64,000 nt of DNA from Octopus bimaculoides (taxonomy: Eukaryota): the NCBI RefSeq assembly GCF_001194135.2, contig NC_068986.1, forward strand, positions 91,513,360 to 91,577,359, read 5' to 3'. Below the pieces are notes generated by a model, which had not been told where the DNA came from, ran no database searches, and was given only the letters and a program-made list of their open reading frames with translations. A program made the position numbers and the translations under genes. Below are positions 61,674-64,000 of the stretch, piece after piece (the stretch's first letter is position 1; every line of letters begins with the position of its first letter).

Positions 61674-61888
61674 CTCGTGTTGCAATGCTGCTGAATTAAC
61701 ACGTGGACCGTGGTGACTGAGAACAGAGAGGCAGGCTAAGATCAAATGTAAGGCACCAATATCCAACATCATTCTTCGCAGATAGACCCCATCATCTGTG
61801 GTGAGAGGGGTCGTGTCAAACAAAGATTCAATCACATTGAAAGGCAGTGTGGGTAGGGAATTGGCGATGGGTGATGTCAATATATGAC
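61674..61888 (-). CDS. BIRC6: BIRC6 exon: GHILTSPIANSLPTLPF...TTPLTTDDGVYLRRM...LSHHGPRV...QHE
   Basis: Matches human HILQSPSANVLPTLPF...TTPLTTDDGVLLRRM. Splice sites ttgcag|GT and GAG|gtaaga; 215 nt, phase 1/0. Confidence 0.95.
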
Positions 61889-62579
61889 CTGCAAATAAAA
61901 TCAAAAACAAACCATTAAGACAAAATATAACTTGGGGGGAAAAAAATTAAAATAATGCACCCAATATTCATTAAAGCAAATTTTCAAAGTCTTATTTAGT
62001 GGATTTTGAAAATTTTGACAGTAACCCATTAAAGAGAAAAGTGAAATAGGAGACAGGCTTGATGTCAGTACAGTAGACTTAATTAAACAGAAAAGTGTCA
62101 CAAAATGGATAAGGTGTTGAATTGGCAGTCATAAGAGGTCAACTTTGCCGTTCATCTTTTTAAGGTCGATAAAAATGTACAAGTCCAAGGAGGTGTATTG
62201 ATAGAACTGTAAGAATATCAAATCAGATGCCTTGTGGTATTTGTTTTAGCTGTCTACATTCCAAGTTGAAATCCTGCCATGGCCTACTTGGGTAGCAGAC
62301 TTAACCTGTCACAAGTGGTTGGCATTTGGAAGTGCATCATGCTGTAGAAATGATGCCAAAGAAAACACTGGAGCCAGACGCAGTTCTCAGACCCATCAAA
62401 TTTTGTCTAACCATCCAACCTATGCCAGAGTAGAACATTAAAAGACAATGACAATTGTACTTTTCTAGTGAGTAACTTGATTTGAAAGCAGTGGAATTGC
62501 AAGGATATAATGGATTTCCAAAAACTATGGATCGATAATAAAGATCAGAGGGAAAAAAGCATAAAGTCATATTACTAAC

Positions 62580-62793
62580 CACCATCACCATCATCAGTAA
62601 CTCCAAGAACAAGACGTAGCAGACATTGAGCTTTCTTCCTTTCTTGGAGCAGAACATCGGCATAACCGGGTAGTCGTAAAAACAAACCAAATGCAATTAG
62701 AGAATGAGGTGGAATTGTTGAAAGTCCTGAGTGTGCAGTGCCGCCAGATTGTGATGTCAATGGAGGAGCAGCAGGAACTGGTTCATAAAACGT
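62580..62793 (-). CDS. BIRC6: BIRC6 exon: TFYEPVP...IPPHSLIAFGLFLRLPGYADVLLQERKKAQCLLRLVLGVTDDGDG
   Basis: Near-identical to recalled human IPAHSLAAFGLFLRLPGYAEVLLKERKHAQCLLRLVLGVTDDGEG. Splice sites caccag|ACG and G|gttagt; 214 nt, phase 0/1. Confidence 0.95.
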
Positions 62794-63004
62794 CTGGTGA
62801 ATAAAAAAAAAAAAGAAAAAAAAAATTTTTAATCAAATTTGTAATGACAAATAGTTGCTATTGTAATTAAGCATTTTAGAAAGAAATTAAATATGACAGT
62901 TTTATCCTATGTACATAAACATCAGAGACAAAGGGTGAAGAAATTTGGTCAACAAGTCAGAACAAAATCCATGTGACACTAACAGAACAGCATGTGACAC
63001 TAAC

Positions 63005-63237
63005 CTCATTTAAATCAGAGGAATCAACAGACACCCATTGGTCTTGAGATACATCAGAAACAGCAGTACTTTCCATTGTATCTGGTAGAACTGGTTGGCG
63101 AGACACTTCGGAATATAACACAGGAAGATGTTCAGCTAACAGTGCCAACCCACCGACACTAGCAAACACCTGAAGGGCTGAAGGAAAGCTGTCGGCTTTA
63201 AGTAATAAATCATCAGGGTTGTTAGCCTCTGGCCAGT
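63005..63237 (-). CDS. BIRC6: BIRC6 exon: DWPEANNPDD...SALQVFASVGGLALLAEHLP...DLNE
   Basis: Conserved LQVFASxGGLALLAEHLP segment. Splice sites cttacag|AC and GAG|gttagt; 233 nt, phase 1/0. Confidence 0.92.
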
Positions 63238-63719
63238 CTGTAAGTAGAAATATGAATGGCAAGTGGAGTTTATTATTCAAGGATATACATGTTAAACTTA
63301 AAAGATGAACTTACTGAAATAGCTACTACAGTAACTTTAATCCTTCAGCATCCAAATGTAATGCTTATTTATTCAGAATGTTTTGGATTAATTATACATT
63401 ATGTTGTAACTTCAAGATTCCAATGATATAATTGTTTATTTTGAGAATGTGAGGGGCCAGATTTGGCCAGTCTCAACATAAAAAAGGGAGAATATTTAGG
63501 TCTAATATGACCAGTTAAAATTTCTTAGCATTGTCATGTCACTTTTACCTTTAGATTCACTTGTACCACATTCCTAGTAAATAAAATAGTTAGGGTCTTG
63601 TAAGGTAAACAATATTTTTTTCTCCATAAATGGCAGAGTATGAAGACATTACAAGGAAGCTCAGTACTTTCAAAGAATTATATAATCAGGGAGGAATAAA
63701 GACATAAATATATACATAC

Positions 63720-63863
63720 CAGGATCCCTGTAGGCCTTTTTGTCACCAGGCTTTGAATGGAATCGAAGCAGGAATTCCAAGACCGCTTGTCCTTGAGGAT
63801 ATCCCTTCTCTTGTAAAATTACAAGCAGTTGGCTAAGAGTGAGTTCTGCAGGTAATGGTTGAC
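63720..63863 (-). CDS. BIRC6: BIRC6 exon (first in window): (G)QPLPAELTLSQLLVILQEKGYPQG...YRDP; not in ORF track
   Basis: Matches recalled human GQPLPAEMTLAQLLTLLYDRKLPQG. Splice sites tatag|GT and G|gtatgt; 144 nt, phase 1/1. Confidence 0.88.
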
Positions 63864-64000
63864 CTATAAAAGATTTTTAAAAAAATAAAGCTAAGAAGTT
63901 CATGAAGCTGGGTAAAGTGGGGGAAATAATGACAAATCAATGAAACTCAATTGAAACCAATCATAACATTCTGGTTGAAAGCCTTCGTTGATAAATTATT

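Overview
AT-rich, microsatellite- and SINE-dense animal genomic DNA with four assembly gaps. The repeat families suggest a coleoid cephalopod, probably Octopus (inferred, not verified). Two intron-containing ubiquitin-pathway genes point towards each other. (1) On +, a complete four-coding-exon LRR1 (CRL2 substrate receptor): 26657-26839, 30712-30810, 40171-40895, 42887-43133, which splice to 417 aa with all phases consistent. (2) On -, the last 13 coding exons of BIRC6/BRUCE (63863 down to stop at 49126; about 883 aa), including the UBC domain with its catalytic Cys at 53101-53103; the gene continues beyond the right edge. The rest is intronic, UTR or intergenic DNA containing at least three tRNA-derived SINE families, truncated RTE LINEs, an RLE-type LINE fragment, decayed maT (DD37D) and Tigger/pogo transposase fossils, and several MITEs (hAT-Charlie-like, piggyBac-like, Tigger-like, one young Merlin-like). 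I found no prokaryotic-type or clearly new enzymatic system. The most interesting signals are structural: inverted retroelement pairs bracketing key exons (candidate dsRNA/ADAR/circRNA substrates), a fold-back near a candidate E2F promoter, a possible multi-exon LRR1 5' UTR spread over about 25 kb, and a double leaky-context stop on BIRC6. Exon coordinates were read base by base; most repeat boundaries are approximate. All homology calls are from recalled sequences, with no database search.
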